Shown: positions 1 to 11,302 of the stretch, one piece after another
Layout of the letters: the number at the start of each line of letters is the position of its first letter
Numbering within the stretch: position 1 is the stretch's first letter
Source: Alphaproteobacteria bacterium
GTDB taxonomy: Bacteria; Pseudomonadota; Alphaproteobacteria; Micavibrionales; Micavibrionaceae
Length of the DNA: 64,000 nt
Assembly (NCBI GenBank): GCA_017999645.1
Contig: JAGNLJ010000007.1
Location: forward strand, 207-64,206
Direction of reading: 5' to 3'
Notes under the pieces: model-generated
What the model was told of the DNA's origin: nothing
Seen by the model: the letters and a program-made list of their open reading frames with translations, nothing else
Databases searched by the model: none
Translations under genes and position numbers: made by a program

Positions 1-300
1 GTTTATGGCCGCCACGGCGCAGGCCGCGTGACGCTCCGCACGGCCCCCAAAGGTACGGGAATCATCGCCGGCGGCCCGATGCGCGCAGTGTTCGAAGCGC
101 TCGGAATTCAGGACGTCGTTGCGAAGGCACTCGGCTCCAGCAACCCTTACAGCATGGTGAACGCCACGTTCGCTGCGTTGGAGAATATGCAGAGCCCGCG
201 CCACGTCGCAAACCGCCGCAACAAAAAAGTCAGCGACATCGTTTCGAACCGCGACACGAAAATGGGCGATGACGCGGACGACAAAAAAGACACGGAATAA
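1..300 (+). CDS. rpsE: 30S ribosomal protein S5, C-terminal part (5' end outside window)
   Basis: Frame 1 is open from base 1. The translation [58 protein letters not shown] matches the S5 C-terminal domain. It is followed by rpmD-rplO, as in the spc operon. Confidence 0.9.
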   Translation, partial: VYGRHGAGRVTLRTAPKGTGIIAGGPMRAVFEALGIQDVVAKALGSSNPYSMVNATFAALENMQSPRHVANRRNKKVSDIVSNRDTKMGDDADDKKDTE

Positions 301-311
301 GGAACTGAGCA

Positions 312-566
312 ATGGCTGAGACGAAAGCAAAAAAAGCACCGGCAAAAGCTACCTCTAAGGGGGCGGAAGGTAAAAAATCTTCCGGCAAGACCGTGCGTGT
401 AACGCAGACCGGCTCGCCGATCGGTCGCCAGGAATATCAATACCGCACGCTGCTCGGCCTCGGCCTGAAAAAGCGCGGCGCGGTGAGTGAACTCGAAGAT
501 ACGCCGTCCGTTCGCGGCATGATCAACAGCGTCCGTCACCTGATTAAAGTTGAAGACGCGGCATAA
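312..566 (+). CDS. rpmD: 50S ribosomal protein L30 with Lys/Ala-rich N-terminal extension
   Basis: The core [53 protein letters not shown] is L30-like. It sits between rpsE and rplO. About 25 extra N-terminal residues read [22 protein letters not shown]. Confidence 0.85.
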   Translation: MAETKAKKAPAKATSKGAEGKKSSGKTVRVTQTGSPIGRQEYQYRTLLGLGLKKRGAVSELEDTPSVRGMINSVRHLIKVEDAA

Positions 567-577
567 GGAAGACGACC

Positions 578-1087
578 ATGAAACTCAATCAACTCGCACC
601 GAAACCCGGCTCCAAAAAGAAACGCCTCCATGTCGGACGCGGTATCGGCTCCGGTAAAGGTAAAACCGCAGGTCGCGGAGTAAAAGGCCAGAAAGCCCGC
701 ACGGGCGTATCCGGCGTACGCGGCTTCGAAGGCGGCCAGACGCCTCTGTACCGTCGTCTGCCGAAACTCGGTTTCAGCAACGAAGCGTTCCGCACGAACC
801 TCGTCGAGATCAATCTCGGCCAGCTTCAGGACGCAATCGACGCGAAAAAAATCGATGCTAAAAAACTGATCGATGAAGACGCTCTCGTGGCATCCGGCAT
901 CCTCTCGCGCAAGCGCGACGGCGTAAAGCTGCTCGGTAACGGCGAGTTGAAAACGAAAGTCGACCTGAAAATCACAAAGGCCTCGAAATCCGCGCAGGCG
1001 GCTGTCGAAAAGGCCGGCGGCAAGATCGAGTTCATCGTGCGCGAAGTTGCGCCGGTAAAACGCCCGGTCCGTAAAAAAGCGGAATAA
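578..1087 (+). CDS. rplO: 50S ribosomal protein L15
   Basis: [43 protein letters not shown]...[15 protein letters not shown] is the canonical L15 N-terminus. The operon position also fits. Confidence 0.93.
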   Translation: MKLNQLAPKPGSKKKRLHVGRGIGSGKGKTAGRGVKGQKARTGVSGVRGFEGGQTPLYRRLPKLGFSNEAFRTNLVEINLGQLQDAIDAKKIDAKKLIDEDALVASGILSRKRDGVKLLGNGELKTKVDLKITKASKSAQAAVEKAGGKIEFIVREVAPVKRPVRKKAE

Positions 1088-1111
1088 ACCGCTTTAAAAC
1101 AAGTATTTAGA

Positions 1112-1136
1112 AACCCCGCCCGCGCGGGGTTTTTTA
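1112..1136 (+). terminator. Rho-independent terminator after rplO
   Basis: Stem CCCCGC (1114-1119) pairs with GCGGGG (1124-1129), followed by a T-run at 1130-1135. Confidence 0.75.
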
Positions 1137-1164
1137 TTGACATAACGAACAGTTAAATTTTATT
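1137..1164 (+). promoter_or_regulatory. Candidate sigma70 promoter for the inserted lipoprotein genes
   Basis: TTGACA (1137-1142), 16-nt spacer, TTTATT (1159-1164). The 10-mer ATTGACATAA recurs at 2211-2220. Confidence 0.35.
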
Positions 1165-1196
1165 CTGCGCCTTGGGGAAAAGCCCGGAGTTTTAAA

Positions 1197-1703
1197 ATGA
1201 AACTGCTCACAAAATTAACAAACGTCTTTTTGCTGACCTCGGCCTTGAATATGACGGGCTGTGATGAGCAGCGCGTTCCGGTGCAGACTGAAATCGTCGA
1301 GCCAAAAATTCAGGCGCAAATTGAATCTCAGATCCGGCAGTGCAATGAACTTGACCAGCATGGGGTCAAGATGATGTGGGATATTTTTAACGGGTTCAGA
1401 AGTGCTACGCACAGCCAGTTTGATATCGTCTGGAGCGAGGAAGATGAAACCTACAAAGCGCTCATTCCTGTGAAGACGCCTAAGGGAACAGATTGGAATG
1501 CTGCCAGAACCTCCGAGCAATCTTTCCGTGATGCGGTGAAATGGCAGGATGCGAAGCGCGGCGAAACATCATGCGCATTGAAAAAATCGCTGTCGTTCAA
1601 AGAGCAGTTTGAAAAAACCCTTTATTATTACAAGGCACGCTCGATGCCTTCTTATTACGACAGAGCCGTCGCCTCGATTCCACCGAACGCGGAATTATCG
1701 TAA
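1197..1703 (+). CDS. Hypothetical lipoprotein
   Basis: The N-terminus MKLLTKLTNVFLLTSALNMTGC has a signal peptide plus a lipobox-like Cys. I recognised no family. Confidence 0.6.
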   Translation: MKLLTKLTNVFLLTSALNMTGCDEQRVPVQTEIVEPKIQAQIESQIRQCNELDQHGVKMMWDIFNGFRSATHSQFDIVWSEEDETYKALIPVKTPKGTDWNAARTSEQSFRDAVKWQDAKRGETSCALKKSLSFKEQFEKTLYYYKARSMPSYYDRAVASIPPNAELS

Positions 1704-1715
1704 GAGAGTTTTGCC

Positions 1716-2195
1716 ATGAATTCTGAAACCATCCAAAAATCGAGAATAGAAAAAATTATGTCCTCGAATTTAATTGCGTTTTGTCTGGCGTCGGGCGTGG
1801 CTCTTACGTCCTGCGCGCTTTTTGTCCATGGGGTCAAGATGTGCGATATGGAGGAAGAAAAAAATATCCAGCGCGCGAAAGATTATTTAGCCGAATTTAA
1901 CAGGGATACCGGCAAGGATTACCAAATCGTCGGCAGCAATGGACAATATATTGCCATTATCCCTTTTACCCCCATACCACTGCAGGGAGCTGCTTCTCCT
2001 TTCATGGACAAAGCAGAAATGATTGAAAAACATTCTCGCGCGCGAGCAAACTTCGAAGCTTCATACAGGGATTTGCAGGACGATGGTTGTGCGACGACCA
2101 AATCGGCTTCTATAGGAAAGGCTCTTATGGATATCCTTGACGATTACCAGAGTGGATCACAATTTTCCCGCAGACCTGTGCTGGATCAAATATAA
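1716..2195 (+). CDS. Hypothetical lipoprotein or membrane-anchored protein, possible distant paralog of 1197..1703
   Basis: The hydrophobic segment LIAFCLASGVALTSC is lipobox-like. It starts 12 nt after the previous gene. YIAIIPFTPIP resembles YKALIPVKTP, and a conserved late Cys is shared (DDGCATTKS versus GETSCALKKS). Confidence 0.55.
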   Translation: MNSETIQKSRIEKIMSSNLIAFCLASGVALTSCALFVHGVKMCDMEEEKNIQRAKDYLAEFNRDTGKDYQIVGSNGQYIAIIPFTPIPLQGAASPFMDKAEMIEKHSRARANFEASYRDLQDDGCATTKSASIGKALMDILDDYQSGSQFSRRPVLDQI

Positions 2196-2211
2196 CGTCC
2201 TTCCGTTTGTA

Positions 2212-2241
2212 TTGACATAAATAATAAGTTTCCCCTATGAT
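2212..2241 (+). promoter_or_regulatory. Candidate sigma70 promoter
   Basis: TTGACA (2212-2217), 18-nt spacer, TATGAT (2236-2241). The -10 element overlaps the ORF-track ATG at 2237, which favours the downstream start at 2261. Confidence 0.35.
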
Positions 2242-2260
2242 CTCTCTTAACAGGGAAATA

Positions 2261-2620
2261 ATGAAAAATATAACAAGCAGCATGTTTTGCGTTACGGCGC
2301 TTTCGGGCGCGCTCCTGGTTACGCCTTTCCAAGGGGCGCAGGCTGAACCCCCGTCTGCTGATTTCGACTTCTCTGAAGCCTGCAGGTTCAGTGTTAAAAA
2401 TGATGAAGAAAAGCCACTGATGATGGATGAAATTGTCATCAGGCCCGGAGATCAAGAGCCTCCTGCTGAGCTATGGATATGGGGGCAGATGGGAAATTGT
2501 CCGAAAAACCGGGGACAAGAAACAGAAAAAGCGGAAAAAAGAGAGCAAAGCTCACGTGAGCCACGACCAAAACTTGTAAAAAATGGCTGTGATCCGCAGA
2601 TGTCCGAGTGCCACATATAG
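2261..2620 (+). CDS. Small secreted hypothetical protein
   Basis: MKNITSSMFCVTALSGALLVTPFQGAQA is a signal peptide. AGGGA lies upstream of the ATG at 2261. The C-terminus is charged and Lys/Glu-rich. Confidence 0.5.
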   Translation: MKNITSSMFCVTALSGALLVTPFQGAQAEPPSADFDFSEACRFSVKNDEEKPLMMDEIVIRPGDQEPPAELWIWGQMGNCPKNRGQETEKAEKREQSSREPRPKLVKNGCDPQMSECHI

Positions 2621-2721
2621 TCTTATTGGGCCTCTTTTTATTTCCCTCAGTACCCTTGCCCCGGGGCCTTCTTTTCTTTATCTATCTGGGTCAGGAAACA
2701 GGGTAAAAAAGGACTATTCCA

Positions 2722-4058
<1,337 letters not shown>

Positions 4059-4059
<1 letters not shown>

Positions 4060-4631
4060 TGTCGCTGAACCTCGTTATTTTCGGACCGCCGGGCGCGGGC
4101 AAGGGCACGCAGGCCGCCCGCCTCCAACAGAATTACAAGATCAAGAAACTTTCGACCGGCGATATGCTGCGCGCGGAAGTGGCCAGCGACAGCGATCTGG
4201 GCCGCAAGATTCAATCGGTTCTCGATGCCGGCGAACTCGTATCCGACGAAATCATTATTGAGTTGATCGGTAACTGCATCGCAGGGCCGGACTGCGCGAA
4301 GGGTTTTATCCTGGATGGTTTCCCACGCACGGTGGCGCAAGCGGAGGCCCTCGATGAAATGCTCGGCAAGGTGAAGCGCAAGCTGGACCATGTTCTGGTT
4401 CTCGAGGTCGACGACAAGGCGCTGGTCGACCGTATCAAGGGCCGCGCGGCTGAAACCGGCGGTGCCCGCACCGACGATAACGAGGAAACGCTCAAGAAAC
4501 GCCTGAAGGTCTATCACGATCAGACCGCCCCGATTTTGCCCTATTACCAGGCAAAGAGCCTGCTGCGGGCTATTGACGGCATGAAGCCGGTCGATGAAGT
4601 CACAGCCCTTATCGGCAAAACGTTGAAATAG
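4059..4631 (+). CDS. adk: Adenylate kinase (short type, no zinc lid)
   Basis: P-loop GPPGAGKGTQ and the motif LSTGDMLR. 190 aa. The start overlaps the secY stop (ATAATG). Confidence 0.95.
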
Positions 4632-4712
4632 TCAGCGCCTCCCGTCGGCAGCGTCCATATAAGTCATTGTAAAACATTGAAAAAACTGGCTTGTGACAGG
4701 TCTAAATATATA

Positions 4713-4741
4713 TTGACGGGGCAAGCCCGAGTGCCTATATT
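4713..4741 (+). promoter_or_regulatory. Candidate sigma70 promoter of the rpsM-rpsK-rpoA-rplQ operon
   Basis: TTGACG (4713-4718), 17-nt spacer, TATATT (4736-4741). The roughly 120-nt leader has hairpins CTTCAA-GCCA-TTGAAG and GGGGCA-ATAG-TGCCCC. Confidence 0.5.
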
Positions 4742-4863
4742 CCGCGCATCTTCAAGCCATTGAAGACCATAAGTTTACAAGCCTACCGGGGGAAGCGTAA
4801 TGGGCAGACCCGGACCGGCTTGGCAGGGGCAATAGTGCCCCGGAAAATTGAAAGGAAAAGACC

Positions 4864-5247
4864 ATGGCACGTATCGCCGGCGTTAACGTACCGGATAAAA
4901 AGCGCATCGCTATCGCGCTCTCTTACATTCACGGCATTGGCCGTCCCACAGCCTTCAAGATTTGCGAAAAGCTCGGCATCGATTTATCGATGCGCATGGG
5001 CGAAGCGTCTGAAGATATTCTGAACCGCATCCGTTCGGAAATCGAAAAAGGTGGCTATGTTATCGAAGGCGACCTGCGCCGCGAAGTTTCGCTGAACATC
5101 AAGCGCCTGCAGGATATGCGTTGCTACCGTGGTCTGCGCCACCGCGCCGGTCTCCCGGTTCGTGGCCAGCGTACGCAGACGAACGCACGCACCCGCAAGG
5201 GCCCGGCAAAAACAGTCGCCGGCAAAAAACCAACGCCCGCGAAATAA
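4864..5247 (+). CDS. rpsM: 30S ribosomal protein S13
   Basis: [33 protein letters not shown] is canonical S13. Confidence 0.97.
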   Translation: MARIAGVNVPDKKRIAIALSYIHGIGRPTAFKICEKLGIDLSMRMGEASEDILNRIRSEIEKGGYVIEGDLRREVSLNIKRLQDMRCYRGLRHRAGLPVRGQRTQTNARTRKGPAKTVAGKKPTPAK

Positions 5248-5259
5248 GGAGAAATAATC

Positions 5260-5658
5260 ATGTCATCAGAAAAGACAGCAGTCGCGCGCGTTAAACGCAA
5301 AGAGAAGAAAAATATCGTCTCGGGCGTTGCGCACGTCAATTCGACCTTCAACAACACGATGATCACGATCAGCGATGCACAGGGCAACGTTGTTGCCTGG
5401 TCGTCCGCCGGTCTGATGGGCTTCAAGGGTTCCAGAAAATCGACACCGTACGCCGCGCAGATGGCAGCAGAAGATGCTGGCCGCAAGGCGCAGGAACACG
5501 GCATGAAAGACCTCGAAGTCTGGGTCAAGGGTCCGGGATCGGGACGCGAATCCGCGCTGCGCGGTTTGCAATCCGCCGGATTCAACATCCGCTCGATCAA
5601 GGACATCACGCCGGTTCCGCACAACGGCTGCCGTCCGCCGAAGCGTCGCCGCGTTTAA
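5260..5658 (+). CDS. rpsK: 30S ribosomal protein S11
   Basis: [30 protein letters not shown]...[13 protein letters not shown] is canonical S11. Confidence 0.97.
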   Translation: MSSEKTAVARVKRKEKKNIVSGVAHVNSTFNNTMITISDAQGNVVAWSSAGLMGFKGSRKSTPYAAQMAAEDAGRKAQEHGMKDLEVWVKGPGSGRESALRGLQSAGFNIRSIKDITPVPHNGCRPPKRRRV

Positions 5659-5670
5659 TCAATTCATCGC

Positions 5671-5693
5671 GCGGGGAACATGGTGTTCCCCGC
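5671..5693 (+). other. 10-bp intercistronic hairpin between rpsK and rpoA
   Basis: GCGGGGAACA (5671-5680), loop TGG, TGTTCCCCGC (5684-5693). No clean T-run follows. Confidence 0.5.
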
Positions 5694-5755
5694 ATGATTT
5701 ATCCAACGTAACCAGAGGCCGGCTAAGAACCGGATGAAGTGAAAGGAACCACCAA

Positions 5756-6769
5756 ATGATACAGAAGAACTGGCAAGAGCTGATCAAGCCGACCAAGCTC
5801 GACATCAACAAATCCGACGCGCCGAACACCGGCAAAGTCATCGCTGAACCTCTCGAGCGCGGTTTCGGCCTGACGCTCGGCAACGCGCTGCGCCGCATTC
5901 TGCTTTCTTCGCTGCAGGGCGCCGCTGTAACGGCTGTCCAGATCGACGGCGTTCTCCATGAATTCTCGTCCATCGAGGGCGTGCGCGAAGATGTCACCGA
6001 CATCATCCTGAACGTAAAAGCACTCGCCGTGCGTATGCATGCCGAAGGCCCCAAGAAAATGCGTCTTTCGGCTGTCGGCCCGTGCGAAGTCACCGCCGCG
6101 CAAATCGAAGCAGGCGCTGACATCGAGATCATGAACCCCGACCTCGTTATCTGCACGCTCGACAAGGGCGCGAAGCTGAACATGGAAATGACCGTGAACA
6201 ACGGCAAGGGCTACCGTCCTGCATCGCATAACCGCCCGGAAGAAGCGCCTGTCGGCCTTATCCCCGTGGACAGCGTGTTCTCACCTGTTCGTAAAGTCAC
6301 ATACGAAGTGGAAGACACCCGCGTTGGCCAGATCACTGACTACGACAAGCTGACACTGTTCGTTGAAACTAACGGCGTTATCACCCCGGAAGATTCCGTT
6401 GCCTACGCAGCGCGCATCCTCCAGGACCAGCTGCAGGTCTTCGTGAACTTCGAAGAGCCGGAAGAGGCACGCGGCAAGGAAGAGGGCGAAGAGCTCCCCT
6501 TCAACCGCAATCTCCTGCGCAAAGTGGACGAACTGGAACTTTCCGTTCGTTCTGCGAACTGCCTCAAGAACGACAACATCGTTTATATCGGCGACCTCGT
6601 TCAGAAATCCGAAAGCGACATGCTCCGCACGCCGAACTTCGGCCGCAAATCGCTCAACGAGATCAAGGAAGTGCTCTCCACCATGGGTCTGCATCTTGGC
6701 ATGCAGGTCGAGGGATGGCCGCCTGAGAACATCGACGAACTGATGAAGAAGGTCGACGAGCCATTCTAG
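5756..6769 (+). CDS. rpoA: DNA-directed RNA polymerase subunit alpha
   Basis: 337 aa with the motifs [22 protein letters not shown] and, in the C-terminal domain, [22 protein letters not shown]. Confidence 0.97.
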   Translation: MIQKNWQELIKPTKLDINKSDAPNTGKVIAEPLERGFGLTLGNALRRILLSSLQGAAVTAVQIDGVLHEFSSIEGVREDVTDIILNVKALAVRMHAEGPKKMRLSAVGPCEVTAAQIEAGADIEIMNPDLVICTLDKGAKLNMEMTVNNGKGYRPASHNRPEEAPVGLIPVDSVFSPVRKVTYEVEDTRVGQITDYDKLTLFVETNGVITPEDSVAYAARILQDQLQVFVNFEEPEEARGKEEGEELPFNRNLLRKVDELELSVRSANCLKNDNIVYIGDLVQKSESDMLRTPNFGRKSLNEIKEVLSTMGLHLGMQVEGWPPENIDELMKKVDEPF

Positions 6770-6894
6770 TAAAAGTTTAGGGCAGGTTGCCCGCCCCGCC
6801 TGTTTACGGCCGAAAGGCAAGTGGCAGGCGGTTATTTCAAGGTTCTCATACGTGAGGCCGCATCGCCAGCAGGCTGGCAGAAAGTAGTAAGATT

Positions 6895-7455
6895 ATGAAA
6901 CACCGCATTAAACATAGAAAACTCGGAAGAGTCTCCAGCCACCGTAAGGCGATGCTGGCGAACATGGCTGCCGCGCTGATCAAGCACGAGCAGATCGTGA
7001 CGACCCTGCCGAAGGCGAAAGAGCTTCGTCCCTACACGGAAAAGCTTATCACCCTCGGTAAAAAGGCGGCCGCAAATCCGAAAACCGCACTGGCGAAACG
7101 CCGTGAGGCAATCGCCACGCTGCGCGACCAGACGCAGGTGCGCAAATTGTTCGACGTCCTGGCCGAGCGTTATGCCGACCGTAATGGCGGTTATATCCGC
7201 ATCCTGAAAGCCGGTTTCCGTTACGGAGACGCCGCGCCGATGGCTGTGATCGAGCTCGTTGACCGCGATGAATCGGCCAAGGGCAAGGATAGCGGCACGA
7301 TCGAGATCGTCGCGTCCGAGCACGATGCGAAATCGCAGGAAAAAGCCGCGAAAGCACCGAAAGCCAAGGCCGAGAAAAAGCCTAAAGCCGACGTGCAGGG
7401 CTCCAGCAAATCCGCCGAGAAGAAAAAATCCAAAGTCCGCAAAGTGGGCGGTTAA
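6895..7455 (+). CDS. rplQ: 50S ribosomal protein L17 with a roughly 55-aa Lys/Ala/Glu-rich C-terminal tail
   Basis: [46 protein letters not shown] matches L17. The tail reads [40 protein letters not shown]. Confidence 0.93.
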   Translation: MKHRIKHRKLGRVSSHRKAMLANMAAALIKHEQIVTTLPKAKELRPYTEKLITLGKKAAANPKTALAKRREAIATLRDQTQVRKLFDVLAERYADRNGGYIRILKAGFRYGDAAPMAVIELVDRDESAKGKDSGTIEIVASEHDAKSQEKAAKAPKAKAEKKPKADVQGSSKSAEKKKSKVRKVGG

Positions 7456-7480
7456 TTTTTTCAGAAATGAATTTGAAAAA

Positions 7481-7504
7481 GCGGTCTTCGGACCGCTTTT
7501 TTTA
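7481..7504. terminator. Bidirectional terminator shared by rplQ (+) and panC (-)
   Basis: GCGGTC-TTCG-GACCGC, with an A-run at 7476-7480 and a T-run at 7497-7504. Confidence 0.8.
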
Positions 7505-8341
7505 TACAGCCACGTTATCAATCAGCCTTGTTTTGCCGATATGGGCGGCGGCGAGAAGGCGGGCGGGGCCAGTGAGTTTTGTCAGCGGCTTGAGCGTATC
7601 GGCCTCGCGAAGCTCGACGTAATCGACTTTATCAAATCCCGCCTCCTGCAGACGCGAAACACCGGATGAAACGAGATCGTAAGCCTCGGTCGGGAATTCT
7701 TTCAGCTTCTCTGCCAGTGCATAGAGTGTTTTATTCAGGCGTCGCGCGATTTTCAATTCGGTTTCGGAGAGATAGGCGTTGCGCGATGAGAGCGCTAGCC
7801 CTTCCGCATCCCGGATGATTGAACCGGACATGACTTCGATCGGGCTGTTCATCTCGCGCACCATTTCACGAATGACACAAAGCTGCTGGTAATCTTTCTC
7901 GCCGAACACGGCGACATCGGGCATCACCTGGTCGAACAGCCGCGCGACAACACTGACGACGCCGTTAAAAAAATGCGGGCGGAATTCGCTCTCGAGCCCC
8001 GTGGAAACAGGCCCGGCGCGCAGATCCGCCACAGGCCCCGCTGGATAAATTTCCTTCTCCTGCGGGAGGTAAACAAGGTGAACACCAGCCGCCTCAAGCT
8101 TCGCAAGGTCGGCTCCTTCCTCACGCGGATAAGAGGAAAAATCCTCAGTAGGAGCGAACTGTGCCGGGTTCACAAAAATGCTGGCGACGCATTTGTTGGC
8201 GTTGTCTAAACCGATTTTCATCAACGACATATGGCCCTCATGCAGCGCGCCCATCGTGGGCACGAACGCGATGCGGCGCTTTTCTTTTTTCCAGGCGCCG
8301 ATGGATTGCTCAAGCTCGGTATAGGAGCGTGCGACGATCAT
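7502..8341 (-). CDS. panC: Pantoate--beta-alanine ligase
   Basis: IAFVPTMGALHEGHMSLM is the HIGH-like PanC motif. 279 aa. It overlaps the panB stop. Confidence 0.93.
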   Translation of the reverse strand: MIVARSYTELEQSIGAWKKEKRRIAFVPTMGALHEGHMSLMKIGLDNANKCVASIFVNPAQFAPTEDFSSYPREEGADLAKLEAAGVHLVYLPQEKEIYPAGPVADLRAGPVSTGLESEFRPHFFNGVVSVVARLFDQVMPDVAVFGEKDYQQLCVIREMVREMNSPIEVMSGSIIRDAEGLALSSRNAYLSETELKIARRLNKTLYALAEKLKEFPTEAYDLVSSGVSRLQEAGFDKVDYVELREADTLKPLTKLTGPARLLAAAHIGKTRLIDNVAV

Positions 8342-9192
8342 GACGCCTTGTCTTTCATTGGGTCTTTCACGGAAACCGGGCGCGGGCGGGTATAGACATG
8401 CTCGGAGTCGGGGAATTTTTTCGCGCGGACATCGGCAGAAAATGCAGCAACGGCCTTCTCGATCTCGCCAGCGACGTCAGCGTATTTCTTCACGAATTTA
8501 GGCACGCTTGCTGTGAGGCCGATCATGTCGTCGATCACCAGAACCTGTCCGTCGCATGCGCTGGATGCGCCGATGCCGATGGTCGGGATTGAAATACTCT
8601 TGGTCAGTTTCGCGGCGACATCTTCGACCGTGCCTTCGATCACGACGGCGAATGCGCCGGATTTTTCGACGGCTTTTGCATCAAGCAATAGGCGCGTTTC
8701 ATCTTCATTCGTGCGGCCCTTGATTTTATAGCCGCCGTCTTTCAGAACCGATTGCGGCTGCAGCCCGATATGCGCCATGACAGGAATGTTGCGTGAGGTC
8801 AGATACTGGATTGTTGCGGCCATGTCCTGCCCGCCCTCTAGCTTTACGGCGTCGCACCCTGTTTCTTTCATAACGCGGAGCGCATTGCGGAAGGCCTGCT
8901 CGGCGTTTTCTTCATACGTGCCGAACGGCATGTCGATAACGACGCAGGCATTGCGTGAGGAGCGGGTTACAGCCTGGCCGTGACGGATCATCATCTCGAG
9001 ATCCACGGCGAGCGTGTTTTCAAGCCCATAGACAACATTACCGACGGAATCGCCGACGAGAAGAATATCGGCATAACGGTCGAGAATATGGGCGACGGGA
9101 GCGGTATAGGCCGTCAGACACACCAGCGGCTGCGCGGCGCCCTTGGCGGCACGGATTTCCGGGATGGTCTTGCGTCCCGACGGTGTATCCAT
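8338..9192 (-). CDS. panB: 3-methyl-2-oxobutanoate hydroxymethyltransferase
   Basis: PLVCLTAYTAPVAHILDRYADILLVGDSVGNVVYG is the PanB signature. Confidence 0.93.
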   Translation of the reverse strand: MDTPSGRKTIPEIRAAKGAAQPLVCLTAYTAPVAHILDRYADILLVGDSVGNVVYGLENTLAVDLEMMIRHGQAVTRSSRNACVVIDMPFGTYEENAEQAFRNALRVMKETGCDAVKLEGGQDMAATIQYLTSRNIPVMAHIGLQPQSVLKDGGYKIKGRTNEDETRLLLDAKAVEKSGAFAVVIEGTVEDVAAKLTKSISIPTIGIGASSACDGQVLVIDDMIGLTASVPKFVKKYADVAGEIEKAVAAFSADVRAKKFPDSEHVYTRPRPVSVKDPMKDKAS

Positions 9193-9234
9193 AATTAAAT
9201 CCCCGCAAAAAGGCCATTTTCAGGCCCTTGATAT

Positions 9235-10671
9235 TTGCCAATAGCAAGCCTAAATTTCCGTTCCATGTTTACCAGAATTCTCATTGCCTTGCTAGCGATA
9301 ACCCTGCCTTTGCAGGCGCTGGCGCAGGACACGGAGCGGGCTTTGCCCGAGAGCCGCACCGAGATGCAGCTGTCATTTTCGCCGCTGGTGAAGAAGATCG
9401 CACCCGCAGTGGTGAATATTTACACCAAGCGCGTCGTGACGCGCTCATACCATCCTTTCATGAACGACCCGATGTTCGCGCCGTTTTTCGAGAACCAGCA
9501 ATTCGGCGGCCGTATGAAAAAGCAGGTCGAGGGCGCGCTGGGCTCCGGTGTCATTATCGACAGCAGTGGCCTCATCGTTACCAACTCGCATGTCGTTCGT
9601 GAGGCACAGGAAATCACGGTCGTGCTGAATGATGGAAGAGAATTTGATGCAACGGTGGCACTGGTTGATGAGCCATCCGATCTTGCCTTGCTGCGCGTGG
9701 AGACGAAAGGCGAAACGCTGCCTGCCGCTGCATTGAAACCGAGTGAATCATTGGAAGTCGGCGATATGGTGCTGGCAATCGGCAACCCGTTCGGCGTCGG
9801 CCAGACGGTGACAAGCGGGATCGTTTCGGCGCTGGCACGCTCGTCTTTGAACATTTCCGATTTCAATTTCTTCATACAGACCGACGCCGCGATCAATCCG
9901 GGTAATTCCGGCGGTCCGTTGGTTTCGATGGATGGCGGCGTCATCGGCATCAACTCGGCGATTTATTCACGCGATGGCGGCTCGCTCGGTATCGGTTTTG
10001 CAATTCCTTCGGAAATGGTCGCAAGCGTCATTGCTGCGGAAAAGGGCGGCGGCGAGGGCGTTGTGCGCCCATGGCTCGGTGTTACAGCGCAGCCTGTAAC
10101 CAACGATATCGCGCAGTCGCTAAATCTGGTGCGGCCGGTCGGCGCATTGATCACTGTATTACATGAAGCGAGCCCGCTGGCGAAAGCGGGCCTTAAGGTT
10201 GGCGATGTCGTAACGTCGGTGAACGGCAAGGAAATCCATGATCCGTCCGAGATGAAATTCCGCATGGCGACGGTGCCGCTTGGCCAGAAAGCGACGATGG
10301 AAGCCATCCGCGCCGCTGTCAAAAAAACGTATGAGGTTGAGGCCATGGCGGCGCCTGATACACCGGCCCGCGATGAAACGAAATTGCAGGGCGCGCATTT
10401 GCTGAACGGCGCGGTTATTGCCAACATGAATCCGGCGGTTGCGGTGGAGCTTGGACTCTTTGGTAAAGAAGAAGAGGGTGTCGTCGTTCTAAAAGTAAGC
10501 GAGGGCACATCGGCTGCGCGCATCGTTGCGGCAGGCGATATTCTCGTCGAAATCAACGGCGCGAAAATAATGAAAACCGCCGATGCAGAAAAGGCGCTTA
10601 AGAATTCGGGGCAGGGATTGTCACTGATTGTCCGCAGCCAGGGCCGTACGCGAAGACTGCTTATCCGCTAA
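9235..10671 (+). CDS. DegP/HtrA-family periplasmic serine endoprotease (trypsin fold plus 2 PDZ)
   Basis: Catalytic context TNSHVV, DLALLRV and GNSGGPLV, followed by two PDZ-like regions. The signal peptide is MFTRILIALLAITLPLQALA, so the start could be 9265. Confidence 0.9.
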   Translation: MPIASLNFRSMFTRILIALLAITLPLQALAQDTERALPESRTEMQLSFSPLVKKIAPAVVNIYTKRVVTRSYHPFMNDPMFAPFFENQQFGGRMKKQVEGALGSGVIIDSSGLIVTNSHVVREAQEITVVLNDGREFDATVALVDEPSDLALLRVETKGETLPAAALKPSESLEVGDMVLAIGNPFGVGQTVTSGIVSALARSSLNISDFNFFIQTDAAINPGNSGGPLVSMDGGVIGINSAIYSRDGGSLGIGFAIPSEMVASVIAAEKGGGEGVVRPWLGVTAQPVTNDIAQSLNLVRPVGALITVLHEASPLAKAGLKVGDVVTSVNGKEIHDPSEMKFRMATVPLGQKATMEAIRAAVKKTYEVEAMAAPDTPARDETKLQGAHLLNGAVIANMNPAVAVELGLFGKEEEGVVVLKVSEGTSAARIVAAGDILVEINGAKIMKTADAEKALKNSGQGLSLIVRSQGRTRRLLIR

Positions 10672-10679
10672 AACATAAA

Positions 10680-10706
10680 GGCGCTGATATCATCAGCGCC
10701 TTTTTC
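10680..10706 (+). terminator. Rho-independent terminator after the protease gene
   Basis: GGCGCTGAT-AT-CATCAGCGCC followed by TTTTT. Confidence 0.8.
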
Positions 10707-10725
10707 AGATTTTATGCCTGGCAGT

Positions 10726-10956
10726 CTAGACCGGGACAGGCTCCGGCTGCTGGGCCAGATTGTTGAAGTAGTTCTCTCTGCTCATCTCGAACATCCAGCT
10801 CCAGAACTTTTCTTCGCCTTCTTCAAATTTCGAATCGATGAGCGTCAGGCGGCGCTGGAACCAGGCTTTTAAGTTATTTCGCATGGCTTCTTCTTTTTTA
10901 CTTAGAAAGCTTCCAAGGTCGGTGATTTCATTGACATAGTCATAAAGATTACTCAT
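10726..10956 (-). CDS. Small hypothetical protein (76 aa)
   Basis: The start was moved to MSNLYDY (10956) because AAAGGAAC lies 5 nt upstream. No family recognised. Confidence 0.45.
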   Translation of the reverse strand: MSNLYDYVNEITDLGSFLSKKEEAMRNNLKAWFQRRLTLIDSKFEEGEEKFWSWMFEMSRENYFNNLAQQPEPVPV

Positions 10957-11050
10957 ATCCGTTCCTTTCACCATCACATTACCAAAAACCCCGCAAAAGC
11001 GCAAAAATCGCGCCGGGATTTTCCGTTTAAGTTATTGTTTTTATTTAATT

Positions 11051-11200
11051 TTATAGGCCAAGCGAAGGCCCATTAAAAGCCATCATGACATTGTGACGTT
11101 GAGCGTCTCGCATATAGTTTGCGTTTTGGGATTTACGCTCTTCAGTCTCAACGCGGGCCGCGCCGGTATCAACACCATTCCATACTCCAACCTGGGACAT
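11051..11200 (-). CDS. Unlisted 49-aa ORF (MSQVGVWNGVDTGAARVETEERKSQNANYMRDAQRHNVMMAFNGPSLGL)
   Basis: Below the ORF-track size cutoff. A strong SD, AAGGAG, lies 7 nt upstream of the ATG at 11200. It is co-oriented with 10726..10956. Confidence 0.4.
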   Translation of the reverse strand: MSQVGVWNGVDTGAARVETEERKSQNANYMRDAQRHNVMMAFNGPSLGL

Positions 11201-11302
11201 GCTCGATCTCCTTCAGCTGATTTAAAAAACAGTTATTGAAGTAAAAAATAGATGAAAATAGAAAAAGAGTCAAATATAGGAAATAATTCCAGTATTATAT
11301 GT

